Source: Maricaulis salignorans (GTDB taxonomy: Bacteria > Pseudomonadota > Alphaproteobacteria > Sphingomonadales > Sphingomonadaceae). Taken from it: a stretch of 64,000 bases of DNA. Made by a program: the position numbers and the translations under genes. How positions within the stretch are numbered: position 1 is the stretch's first letter; every line of letters begins with the position of its first letter. The notes under the pieces were generated by a model. The model saw nothing but the letters and a program-made list of their open reading frames with translations, was not told where the DNA came from and did no database searches. Shown here piece by piece: positions 39,235-48,082 of the stretch. The stretch lies in NCBI GenBank assembly GCA_943368745.1, contig CALRLP020000004.1, positions 17,617 to 81,616 on the forward strand. Direction: 5' to 3'.

Positions 39235-39551
39235 GCTTTGCGCCCGGGCGCTTTGCCAAGGCGCGTTGCTGCGGTGGGCGGCGGTGACCCGGAATGAGGC
39301 GATACTTGTCCGCAACTGTTGGAGCGCTTTTGAGTGCCGTAAGACAGTCGGCCGCCAGAAGACGCCGTATCGCGTCTCGTTCAATATAAGAAAATGGAGG
39401 TGTGCGCAGCCAAAAGACAATGGTCTCTGCCTGAGATTCCCTGTTATTAGGGAATTAGCAGGGAAAATATCATTTTTCGAGGTCGATTAAGAGAGTTTTG
39501 TCTCATGGAACCCACAGTATGCCTGCGCTTTTCGACCGAATTCCCTAAAAA

Positions 39552-39639
39552 AATAACAGGGAATTTAAATCTCGATAACAGGGAAGTGCTGCGTTGATAA
39601 TAGCGAAGGTATTTGCCGATAACAGAGAGATGGCAAATA
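39552..39639 (+). repeat. Four 22-bp-period iteron-like units
   Basis: AATAACAGGGAA (39552), GATAACAGGGAA (39574), GATAATAGCGAA (39596), GATAACAGAGAG (39618). Confidence 0.8.
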
Positions 39640-39716
39640 CCCATGTGATCAGGGCGATAGCATAATTGCACTGCCCGCCACTCCCGAACGGTCAACTTAA
39701 CAACCTACAAGTCGGC

Positions 39717-39754
39717 AACGGCTGCAATTGGGCCGAGAGCAGACAGGCAGCTTT
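39717..39754 (+). repeat. Short intergenic repeat family, copy A
   Basis: AACGGCTGCAATTGGGCCGAGAGCAGACAGGCAGCTTT; 31/38 identical to copy B. Confidence 0.7.
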
Positions 39755-39862
39755 CGGCTCGACGAACGCGCAAAGCGGACTTTCCGGTTACGACCCCGAT
39801 GCGGTCGTTCAGGCGTTTTGGGAATCACCGTCAGTGATTGGCGGCAAGCGCCATTCGCACAG

Positions 39863-40222
39863 TCATGATAGCAATCGTACGGGCTCGCCCGACAGCACCA
39901 GGCAGGCCACTGCCAACTCGAAGGCAACTGCCCCCCAATTCTTCGCCTCGTTGCCGCTGTCAGCGAAGATGGAAATGATGCGTCCGATCGCGGCGCCGAG
40001 CCAGCACGCCCCCGCGGTCAGGAAGGCGTATGGGCTTTCGGAGACCAGTGGCACAGCGCCTAGAAACATGAATGTGACGCCCAGCGTTCCTCTGAACTCG
40101 GCCCGCGCAGCGGGCGTTGAGGCAACCAGGCCCGTCAAGGCAGAAGCCTTATCGGGAACAAACAGGCCAAGACATCCCATAAAGATGGTGATTGCCGCTC
40201 CTGCGATATTGAGCCACTCCAT
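39863..40222 (-). CDS. DUF4345-like small membrane protein
   Basis: Four hydrophobic segments; AEFRGTLG and GRIISI motifs; divergent from HxlR. Confidence 0.65.
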   Translation of the reverse strand: MEWLNIAGAAITIFMGCLGLFVPDKASALTGLVASTPAARAEFRGTLGVTFMFLGAVPLVSESPYAFLTAGACWLGAAIGRIISIFADSGNEAKNWGAVAFELAVACLVLSGEPVRLLS

Positions 40223-40326
40223 TCCACCAGACTCCTGTTGCGAAAGACAAGCGTGAGCTAGCGGCGATGTTTCCAAGGTGCTAGTACGCACCTTTTGGTA
40301 CCTATGTCGTTGAAGGAAGCTGACGA

Positions 40327-40665
40327 ATGATTGTGCAGCCGAATGTCATGTCGCAACGCTGTGCAGCGCGCGTTTACATGGCCCTTCTCGCTGATAAGTG
40401 GTCGTTGCTCATCATCAATGCGCTGGGGAAAGGTCCACGGCGCAACGGTGAATTGGTTCGTTCGGTGGAAGGCATTTCCCAGAAAATGCTGACACAGACC
40501 TTGAGAACCCTGGAACAGTTGCACATCGTTCTGAGGACAGATCGGCAGACGATACCGCCGCACGTCAGTTACGAGCTCACCCCGCTTGGTCAGTCACTCC
40601 GGGGTGAAGCGGTCTCGTTCATCAGGTGGGTAGAGAAGCACATGCCAGACTTGACCGGCAAATAG
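40327..40665 (+). CDS. HxlR family winged-helix regulator
   Basis: LADKWSLLII, GISQKMLTQTLRTLE, PPHVSYELTPLGQSL. Confidence 0.92.
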   Translation: MIVQPNVMSQRCAARVYMALLADKWSLLIINALGKGPRRNGELVRSVEGISQKMLTQTLRTLEQLHIVLRTDRQTIPPHVSYELTPLGQSLRGEAVSFIRWVEKHMPDLTGK

Positions 40666-40699
40666 CCGCCCCTCCGCTATCCACCCAGTTGTAGCCGTT
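40662..40699 (-). repeat. Short intergenic repeat family, copy C
   Basis: Reverse strand AACGGCTACAACTGGGTGGATAGCGGAGGGGCGGCTAT; 28/38 identical to copy A; contains the hxlR stop. Confidence 0.65.
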
Positions 40700-40762
40700 C
40701 CGAAAGTGGTGACGGTCGCCTAAAAGCTGCCGCTACGGCGATCACCGTATTCGTTTCGGTAC

Positions 40763-40800
40763 AACGGCCAAAATTGGGCCGGGAGCGGACAGTCCGCTTT
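40763..40800 (+). repeat. Short intergenic repeat family, copy B
   Basis: AACGGCCAAAATTGGGCCGGGAGCGGACAGTCCGCTTT. Confidence 0.7.
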
Positions 40801-41002
40801 ATGTCTCTAAACGGAGCATTGCCGCCAATCTGTCGGTTGTCGAGGACACGCGGGGGTCAGTATCGCCAAGTCTTCTCCAGAGGCGGGCCTATGTCTCAAT
40901 CCGCCAGCGAAGATATTGCATAATTCGTCAATAAGACTAGATGGCCTCGGATTATGGCCGGTGAGACTGGCGGCAATTTGATCATGATTAGGGTGTAATC
41001 TA

Positions 41003-42037
41003 ATGGATTTTTCAGATCTGGTGCATCGCCGCCAAAACCCCCTGACGGGCCGTTGGGTCTTGGTATCGCCCCACCGAACACAACGTCCCTGGCTTGGCCA
41101 GATAGAACCACAGGCAGCGCCAGACCTACAGGTGCATGATGCGGATTGCTATCTCTGCCCTGGCAACAAACGGGCGAATGGTGCAACCAATCCGAATTAT
41201 GAAGGTCCATGGGCATTCCAAAATGATTTTCCGGCGTTGCTCCTCGGAAGCAACGCTGACATCGAGGCTCAAGACTTGTTTCGTGCCGAAGTCGTCAGCG
41301 GAGAATGCCGCGTAATTTGCTTCTCTCCCAATCATTCGCTGACTTTACCGAAGCTTTCAAAGGAGCAGGTCCGCTGCGTGATTGATTGCTGGGCAGCGCA
41401 ATCAAGTGAGCTGGGCACTCAATACACCTGGGTCCAGCTATTCGAGAACAAAGGGGCCGCGATGGGCTGTTCCAATCCGCACCCCCATGGCCAGCTATGG
41501 GCTAGCAGCCACGTTCCTGATGAGCCTGCAATTGAGGACGAGCGACAGCGCGCCTACTTTGCCGAAACCGGACATAGCTTGCTGACGGAGGTGGCCGCTC
41601 AGGAAGCGGGCGGGCCGCGTGTGGTGATCGAAACGCCAGACTGGCTTGTGATCGTACCGTGGTGGGCGGTGTGGCCATTCGAAACCCTATTGATGCCGCG
41701 GTTCTCGGTGCAGCGCATAGAGCATCTGAACGCTGCCCAGCGCGACGGACTAGCCGATGTCCTGCGCGAGCTAACGGCCCGGTATGACAATCTGTTTGGT
41801 TGTCCATTTCCCTATTCGATGGGCTGGCACGGCGCCCCTTATCTCCCAGGAGATCACAGTCACTGGGTTCTGCATGCCCATTTCTATCCGCCCTTGCTGC
41901 GATCGGCGGCAGTCCGCAAATTCATGGTTGGCTATGAAATGCTCGCCGAAGCGCAACGCGACCTGACGCCTGAACAGGCAGCAGAACGACTTCGCCTTGT
42001 ATCACCAACACATTACAGCCTGAGGGATGCCCAATGA
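41003..42037 (+). CDS. galT: Galactose-1-phosphate uridylyltransferase
   Basis: HRRQNPLTGRWVLVSPHR, CYLCPGN, NDFPAL, FENKGAAMGCSNPHPHGQ, HAHFYPPLLRSA. Confidence 0.96.
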   Translation: MDFSDLVHRRQNPLTGRWVLVSPHRTQRPWLGQIEPQAAPDLQVHDADCYLCPGNKRANGATNPNYEGPWAFQNDFPALLLGSNADIEAQDLFRAEVVSGECRVICFSPNHSLTLPKLSKEQVRCVIDCWAAQSSELGTQYTWVQLFENKGAAMGCSNPHPHGQLWASSHVPDEPAIEDERQRAYFAETGHSLLTEVAAQEAGGPRVVIETPDWLVIVPWWAVWPFETLLMPRFSVQRIEHLNAAQRDGLADVLRELTARYDNLFGCPFPYSMGWHGAPYLPGDHSHWVLHAHFYPPLLRSAAVRKFMVGYEMLAEAQRDLTPEQAAERLRLVSPTHYSLRDAQ

Positions 42038-43203
42038 CCCCCCTCGAAGCACTGACTCAACATACTATACAGACATTTCGACAAGCTTATGACCGCGAGC
42101 CAACAGTCGTTGCATTCGCGCCGGGTCGGGTTAATCTAATCGGAGATCATACGGATTATAACGATGGCTTCGCGCTGCCCTGTGCACTGGAGTACGGCAC
42201 CGTAGTCGCCTTAGCGCCGCGGGTTGATGACCTGATTGCTGCTCACGCAGTCGACCTGCAGGAAGAGAACTGTGAGTTCGCGATTGATGCCCCAATTGTT
42301 CCAATGTCGGCGGGACACTGGCAAAACCATTTGCGTGGCGCAACCGCAGGATTGCTGAAGTTCGGACTACCAGTTGGGGGCGCGTACCTCGCTATTTCCG
42401 GAAATGTTCCTCAAGGAACAGGCCTTTCTTCTTCCGCGTCACTTGGTGTCGCATTGGGCTTGGGGCTCACTGCATTAGCTGGCGAGCAAACACCAGACCG
42501 CCGCGCTTTGGCCAAGGTAGCACAATGGGCCGAGCATCATTTCGTTGGATGCGCTTGTGGCTTGATGGACCAAATCGCTTCCGCATTTGGGCAGCAGGAC
42601 AGCGCTTTGCTCCTCGATTGCCGTTCGCTTGCGGTCGAGCCAGTGCACTTCCCCGCAGATGCACGCATCCTGATTGTGCAATCCGGCGTCGTGCGCGAAC
42701 TGGCTGAGAGTGCGTACAACGAGCGACGGACCCAATGCGCCAGCGCGGCAGCCCATTTTGGCGTTTCAGCGCTGCGCGATCTCGATCCGCAGCGACTGGA
42801 AGCAAAGCGCTCTGATCTCGACGACAAAGTCTACCGTCGCGCGCGCCATGTTGTGACGGAAAATGTGCGAACCGTAGATGCTGCGCGCGCAATCGCGCAG
42901 GGTGACTTGGTTGCTCTTGGTAATGCAATGCGCGCCTCGCATCTCTCACTCAAGAACGACTTCGAGGTTAGTGTGCCAGCGGTCGATGCGCTCGTCGATT
43001 GTCTAAACTTGGCGATAGGTAACGAAGGCGGTGCGAGGATGACGGGTGGTGGCTTCGGCGGATGCGTCGTTGCGGTTCTTCCATTCAACAAGATGGACGC
43101 GGTTAAGCGCGCACTAGGCGCATTCTGGCATGCAAAAGGCATGCGTCCTCAGTTGGGCATCGTAGCTAGGCCGTCTGCCGGCGCCTGTCTGCTGCCTATC
43201 TAA
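42034..43203 (+). CDS. galK: Galactokinase
   Basis: APGRVNLIGDHTDYN, PQGTGLSSSAS, CGLMDQ, GARMTGGGFGGC. Confidence 0.95.
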   Translation: MTPLEALTQHTIQTFRQAYDREPTVVAFAPGRVNLIGDHTDYNDGFALPCALEYGTVVALAPRVDDLIAAHAVDLQEENCEFAIDAPIVPMSAGHWQNHLRGATAGLLKFGLPVGGAYLAISGNVPQGTGLSSSASLGVALGLGLTALAGEQTPDRRALAKVAQWAEHHFVGCACGLMDQIASAFGQQDSALLLDCRSLAVEPVHFPADARILIVQSGVVRELAESAYNERRTQCASAAAHFGVSALRDLDPQRLEAKRSDLDDKVYRRARHVVTENVRTVDAARAIAQGDLVALGNAMRASHLSLKNDFEVSVPAVDALVDCLNLAIGNEGGARMTGGGFGGCVVAVLPFNKMDAVKRALGAFWHAKGMRPQLGIVARPSAGACLLPI

Positions 43204-43429
43204 TGCAGCCGCCCAAACTCCAAATGAGCAAAGTGTTTGGATCCTATCGGAACGACAAGGGTCGGTTCGCCGCTTCATTAGCTGCGCAAGTGCCATCGCG
43301 GGCCGCTCAACTCCATTTCTGAGGTAATCGTCAGACTGGCATTGTTATTGATAATATAATTAATAATGTCGTGTTTTGGCACGATTGAGTGACGATTTTT
43401 CGCGGAAAAATGCCGCTACATCTTCACTA

Positions 43430-43466
43430 TTGACTAATCATCCATTTGTATTGCACATATAGTCAA
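43430..43466. promoter_or_regulatory. Candidate operator upstream of the TonB-dependent receptor
   Basis: TTGACTA-N23-TAGTCAA inverted repeat in an AT-rich promoter region. Confidence 0.3.
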
Positions 43467-43484
43467 CAGCAAAGGGAGGAAAAC

Positions 43485-45833
43485 ATGTCAAAAATCAAGT
43501 TTCAGTTAGTGGGCGCATCTGCTGTGGCTATCGCGTCGGTTGCCTTCGCAGCACCGGCTTTCGCGCAGGCCGAAAACAATGATTCCGCCAACGATCGCGA
43601 TACGATTGTTGTCACGGCGCAAAAGAAAGCGGAAAATGTCCAGGATGTCCCGATCGCAATAACTGCACTAAATGCGGCAGCACTCGAAGCGGCGCGCGTA
43701 GAGGACAGCAAAGATCTTCAGTTCAACGCACCCAATGTGACGCTGTCAGCTAACCGCAACATCACTATTCGCGGCGTCGGCTCCGCGTCATACGGCGGAA
43801 CGGGAGACACCAACATCGGCGTTCTGGTAAACGGCGTGTTCCTGCAGTCGGGTAGCAGTTTCGGCGAATTCTTTGACATGGAGCGTATCGAGGTTTTGCG
43901 CGGACCGCAGGGTACCTTGTTCGGTCGGAACACAACTGGCGGCGCCATCAACTTTGTAACGCGCCGACCGACTGACCGCTTTGAAGGGTATCTAGAGGTA
44001 CAGGGTGAAAACCCGCGTGGCATAAGAACTAATGCGGCGATTAACATCCCCTTGGCTAATGGCCTATCTCAGCGCTTCGCAGCTAATTACATCAACCGGG
44101 ATGGCTATACAAAAAACCTACTCGATGGTTCGATGGTTGATGGCCGCAACCAGTTCACCTTGCGTTCTAGTACGCGCCTTCAGCCTTCGAGCTCCACAAC
44201 GGTCGACCTTACGCTAACATATTTTAAGGAAGATTCAGATCGCCAGAACGCTGCTAAGTCGCTCTGCACACCTGATTCAGCCTTTGGCTGCTCGCCAAAT
44301 TCAGTTTCAGCAGCGTTTCCGACGACCAACTTCACAATCGACAGTATCTTTCTCGGAGGGCGAGTTCGGCCTAACACTTTTTCGGCAAACCCGACCAGCC
44401 TTCGCGAAGTTGTGATCGACGTTAAGCCGTTCCAGAAGGCAGAGGACTTCCTAGCGACCCTGGAGATTAATCAAGAGTTAGGAGGCCTTACGCTCACGGC
44501 GGTGACCGGTCTGCGTGACGGCAACAACTCAAGCGAGCGTGATTTCGATCAGGGGTATCGGCCGAATGCCTTTAACCCCGGCACGTTCGGGACCCACGTG
44601 ATCCCTGATGCCGGTAATGGCAACGGCGTGATGACCTACTTGTTGTCAGGTCGTCCGGTAACTACGACTGAATATCGCACGTCGCAGACTGGCGGCGGCA
44701 CGCAAAAGCAGTTTAGCCAAGAGCTGCGCCTTGCTTCACGTTTGGATGGGAGCTTTAATTTTATCTTGGGTGGCTTTTATCTGAACTCGCGAGGCTCCGG
44801 TTACGTCGATACCTGGACCCCAGCAAACCGATTGTCCGGCGCTGTATCAAAGTTCAGCACGCGTTTAGGGCAGGTTGAATCTTATGCCGTTTTCGGTGAA
44901 GCCTATGTCGATCTTGCAGAGAACCTCAAGCTTACCGGTGGACTGCGCTACACTCATGATAAAAAGCATATCGAAACCGCTTCTGGCCTTTTCGCATTAA
45001 GCCCCTATTTCATCGGCGACGCGAACTTTGACAAGTTAACAGGGCGCGCGGTTATAAACTGGAAGCCAACGGTTTCATTTACGCAAGATACCAACATATA
45101 TCTGTCTTTCTCGCGTGGGTTTAAATCGGGTGGGTTCAACCCGGGCAACAACACTATTCCGGTTTTCGAATCAGAAGTGATCGATGCCTATGAACTTGGC
45201 GCAAAGAATACGTTCATGGATGGCAAGGGCCGATTGAACTTGGCCTTGTTCAATTACGAATACTCCAACCTGATCGTCGGCAACCTTGTCGGAACCGCTG
45301 TGGCGAACACCAACATTCCCAAGTCGCGAGTGAGAGGTTTAGAAGCGGAGTTGGTCTATACTCCGATCGAGCCGCTGCGCCTTGAGGCCAATCTTGGTCT
45401 ACTGAACGCAACCGTCCGCAGCGATTTTCGTTCGTCTGACCCGTCTCGTGGCAAGGCACTGTTCCAGCTCCAAGGTAATCAGCTTCCGAATGCGCCGCGC
45501 CGTACGCTGAAGTTGGCTGCGGAATACACGGTTGAGGCAGGGGAGGACTGGGCCGTTCGCCCGCGCATCGATTTCTATTCGCAGTCCGGCTTTCACTCGC
45601 GCGAATTCAACGTACCGGCAGACCGCGTTGGCAGTTGGAGCCAACTCGATGCTTCGGTCCAGATTGCTAACAGCAAGAAGGATTGGAGCGTAACTGCTTT
45701 TGTCAAGAATCTGGCGAATAAGGACAGCATCACTTGGCTGGAAGTGAACTCCGAATTGGTAGGCAGTTTCCGTAGTGCTTTCCTATTGGATCCGCGGACC
45801 TTCGGTATAAGCCTTCGCGTCGGCTTCCAGTAA
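43485..45833 (+). CDS. TonB-dependent outer-membrane receptor
   Basis: Signal peptide; TonB box DTIVVTAQK; RIEVLRGPQGTLFGRNTTGGAIN plug motif; C-terminal PRTFGISLRVGF. Confidence 0.95.
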   Translation: MSKIKFQLVGASAVAIASVAFAAPAFAQAENNDSANDRDTIVVTAQKKAENVQDVPIAITALNAAALEAARVEDSKDLQFNAPNVTLSANRNITIRGVGSASYGGTGDTNIGVLVNGVFLQSGSSFGEFFDMERIEVLRGPQGTLFGRNTTGGAINFVTRRPTDRFEGYLEVQGENPRGIRTNAAINIPLANGLSQRFAANYINRDGYTKNLLDGSMVDGRNQFTLRSSTRLQPSSSTTVDLTLTYFKEDSDRQNAAKSLCTPDSAFGCSPNSVSAAFPTTNFTIDSIFLGGRVRPNTFSANPTSLREVVIDVKPFQKAEDFLATLEINQELGGLTLTAVTGLRDGNNSSERDFDQGYRPNAFNPGTFGTHVIPDAGNGNGVMTYLLSGRPVTTTEYRTSQTGGGTQKQFSQELRLASRLDGSFNFILGGFYLNSRGSGYVDTWTPANRLSGAVSKFSTRLGQVESYAVFGEAYVDLAENLKLTGGLRYTHDKKHIETASGLFALSPYFIGDANFDKLTGRAVINWKPTVSFTQDTNIYLSFSRGFKSGGFNPGNNTIPVFESEVIDAYELGAKNTFMDGKGRLNLALFNYEYSNLIVGNLVGTAVANTNIPKSRVRGLEAELVYTPIEPLRLEANLGLLNATVRSDFRSSDPSRGKALFQLQGNQLPNAPRRTLKLAAEYTVEAGEDWAVRPRIDFYSQSGFHSREFNVPADRVGSWSQLDASVQIANSKKDWSVTAFVKNLANKDSITWLEVNSELVGSFRSAFLLDPRTFGISLRVGFQ

Positions 45834-45851
45834 GTAGACCGAATCGATCGA

Positions 45852-45899
45852 CTGGCGCCCCTCCCGCCAGGGCAGGCGAAGGTAACCCCTTCGCCTGCC
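45852..45899 (+). other. Tandem hairpins after the receptor gene (CCCCUCC-loop hairpin plus a perfect 12-bp stem)
   Basis: CTGGCG-CCCCTCC-CGCCAG then GGCAGGCGAAGG-TAACC-CCTTCGCCTGCC; no U-tract. Confidence 0.65.
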
Positions 45900-45933
45900 T
45901 CTTCGACGAAGCAGTAACGGGACCATCTCAATC

Positions 45934-47217
45934 ATGCCGCGACTGATTATAGCCCTTGCAACCTTAATAGCCGCAATTTCTTGCCGTCCGGCGCAAGGGC
46001 AAGTCCAACCGATAGAGCCAGCAGCAGGCCACTCGGCCGAAATGCCTGAACTAGCAATGCTTGGTGCTTTTGGCATCGGCACGCGGATGGATCATCTTGC
46101 GTCGGGTGATCGCACCATAGGTGTCCGCTTCTGGTATCCTGCGGTTCGTAGTAGCTCTTCTACCCCAGTGGTTTACAATCATCGTCGTGCATTGCCTGGC
46201 CAAAAGCCACTCCAAATTACAGAAACCGGCCTCGCGTTAGCTGACGCCAAGCCGATCGCTGGGCAGACCTTTCCATTGGTTATCATGTCTCACGGCTATG
46301 GCGGCTGGTCGGAACATATGAGCCGTCTTGGAGAGACGCTCGCATCAAGGGGCTATGTGGTTGCCTCAATCGATCACCGGGACCAGCCTTTTAATGATAT
46401 TGCTTCATTTGCAGCTTCCTTCGCTGGGGTTCTAATTAACAGGACACTGGACCAACGGGCGGTGCTGAATGCGATCCTCGGTGCAAAACTGGCGCCACAG
46501 ATCGCCGAAAAGATTAATCCGAATGCAATCGGCCTCCTCGGCTTCTCCATGGGCGGTTATGGCAGCTTGACCACAGCCGGCGCGGCACTTGATCCGGCGG
46601 CCCCGGCCTTTGCCCAGTTATCGCCAGCTATGCGTGCGCAACTCCCTATTCCGGATCCCGCCCTGGCATCGAAAATCAAGGCTGTCGTATTACTTGCCCC
46701 TTGGGGTGGACAGCCCGGCGCAGCGGTCTGGCAGGATTCTGCGCTTGCCAGCCTGCGAATGCCGCTGCTCGTTGTGGCGGGCGATCAAGACGATGTTGTT
46801 GATTACGAGCGCGGGGTAAAACGGCTTTTCAATGCGGCGCAAGGCACCGACCGTTACCTTCTCGTTTATCGCGAGGCCGCGCATAACATTGCCGGAAATC
46901 CTGTGACAATCCCATCAGATGCTGACTTTCCAACGATTGAGTTCCTTACCGACCCTGTGTGGCGCAAGGAACGGATTGAAATGATAAACGCGCATTTCAT
47001 CGGAGCATTCCTTGACCTTGAATTGAAGGCCGAAGAAAGTAAAAGTACATATCTCGAAGTACCCACACCATTCGCAAACCAAGGTCAGTGGCCCAGCAGC
47101 TTTGGTCAGACGTGGGGCGGCGTTACAGCAGGCAAGGACCAGCCAGGTTACTGGCGTGGATTTCAGCGTCGTTGGGCGCGTGGGTTGGAACTTCATCACA
47201 AATCGGCAGGTAAATGA
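45934..47217 (+). CDS. Exported alpha/beta hydrolase (PAF-acetylhydrolase/dienelactone hydrolase-like esterase)
   Basis: Signal peptide; SHGYGG, GFSMGG nucleophile elbow, GDQDD, AAHN. Confidence 0.85.
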   Translation: MPRLIIALATLIAAISCRPAQGQVQPIEPAAGHSAEMPELAMLGAFGIGTRMDHLASGDRTIGVRFWYPAVRSSSSTPVVYNHRRALPGQKPLQITETGLALADAKPIAGQTFPLVIMSHGYGGWSEHMSRLGETLASRGYVVASIDHRDQPFNDIASFAASFAGVLINRTLDQRAVLNAILGAKLAPQIAEKINPNAIGLLGFSMGGYGSLTTAGAALDPAAPAFAQLSPAMRAQLPIPDPALASKIKAVVLLAPWGGQPGAAVWQDSALASLRMPLLVVAGDQDDVVDYERGVKRLFNAAQGTDRYLLVYREAAHNIAGNPVTIPSDADFPTIEFLTDPVWRKERIEMINAHFIGAFLDLELKAEESKSTYLEVPTPFANQGQWPSSFGQTWGGVTAGKDQPGYWRGFQRRWARGLELHHKSAGK

Positions 47218-47990
47218 ACAATATGCACAATCTTTTCGATCTTAACGGCCACGTCGCATTGGTAACGGGCGGCAATGGAGGACTTGGCCTTGCTATGGCA
47301 AAAGGCTTAGCCAAGGCAGGTGCGCAAATCGCAGTGTGGGGACGAAACGAAGCCAAGAATGCTGAGGCGGTTGCTGAACTGGTTGCGATGGGTGGCCACG
47401 CCCAAAGCTTCGAAGCTGACGTGACTGACCCGTCGTCTACCGCTGCGGCATTTGATCGCACCATTAATGCTTTCGGAAAAATCGACAGCTGTTTTGCCAA
47501 CGCAGGTGGCGCCGGCGCTAGAGGCTCGTTCGTCGATATGGATCGGCAAGCCTGGCTCGACACGAACGAGCTCAATATCCTTAGCGTGATAGACACGTTT
47601 CAGCTTGCAACGCGTCACTGGCAAAACCGCAAAGCGGGGGGCAAGTTGATTGTCACGTCTTCGGTGGCGGCACTCATTGGACTACCCAATTCCGCTGGCT
47701 ACTGCCTTACCAAATCGGCCGTGACTGGGCTGGTCCGATCACTTGCAATCGAACTGGGACGCAGCGGTATCCAGGTTAACGCAATCCTGCCCGGGTTCAT
47801 CGAGACCGAAATGTCGCTGAATACGCCCAAAGCCTTTCAAGACGGGTGTCGCCGCCGGGCAGCGTCCGGCAAGATTGGACAATTGTCAGACATGGAAGGT
47901 ATCGCAGTTTACCTTGCATCCCAGCAAAGCAATTTCATGACCGGTCAAGCGCTAGTGCTTGACGGCGGCCATTCGATTTTTCCTTTATGA
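47214..47990 (+). CDS. SDR family oxidoreductase
   Basis: TGGNGGLG, FANAG, YCLTK, VNAILPG. Confidence 0.92.
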   Translation: MNNMHNLFDLNGHVALVTGGNGGLGLAMAKGLAKAGAQIAVWGRNEAKNAEAVAELVAMGGHAQSFEADVTDPSSTAAAFDRTINAFGKIDSCFANAGGAGARGSFVDMDRQAWLDTNELNILSVIDTFQLATRHWQNRKAGGKLIVTSSVAALIGLPNSAGYCLTKSAVTGLVRSLAIELGRSGIQVNAILPGFIETEMSLNTPKAFQDGCRRRAASGKIGQLSDMEGIAVYLASQQSNFMTGQALVLDGGHSIFPL

Positions 47991-48082
47991 TGGGACCCGA
48001 TACATCATCGGATTTCAAGGGGAGCGATCGCACAAATCGTTCAAGAAACGGTTTACAAAGTCGAATTTGGAAGGGGGCATAA

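Noticed and set aside
28091-39393. General stress cluster as a second, older island in tandem at tRNA-Cys
   Set aside because: No integrase, att repeat or compositional break seen; phyR-nepR-ecfG is normally a core locus.
40801-41002. Remnant of galE, or the missing 3' part of the MerR gene, upstream of galT
   Set aside because: Manual translation of the frames inspected gave no GalE- or MerR-like sequence.
43350-43368. Fur-box-like sequence upstream of the TonB receptor
   Set aside because: Only 12/19 match in very AT-rich DNA, and the operon content does not suggest iron uptake.
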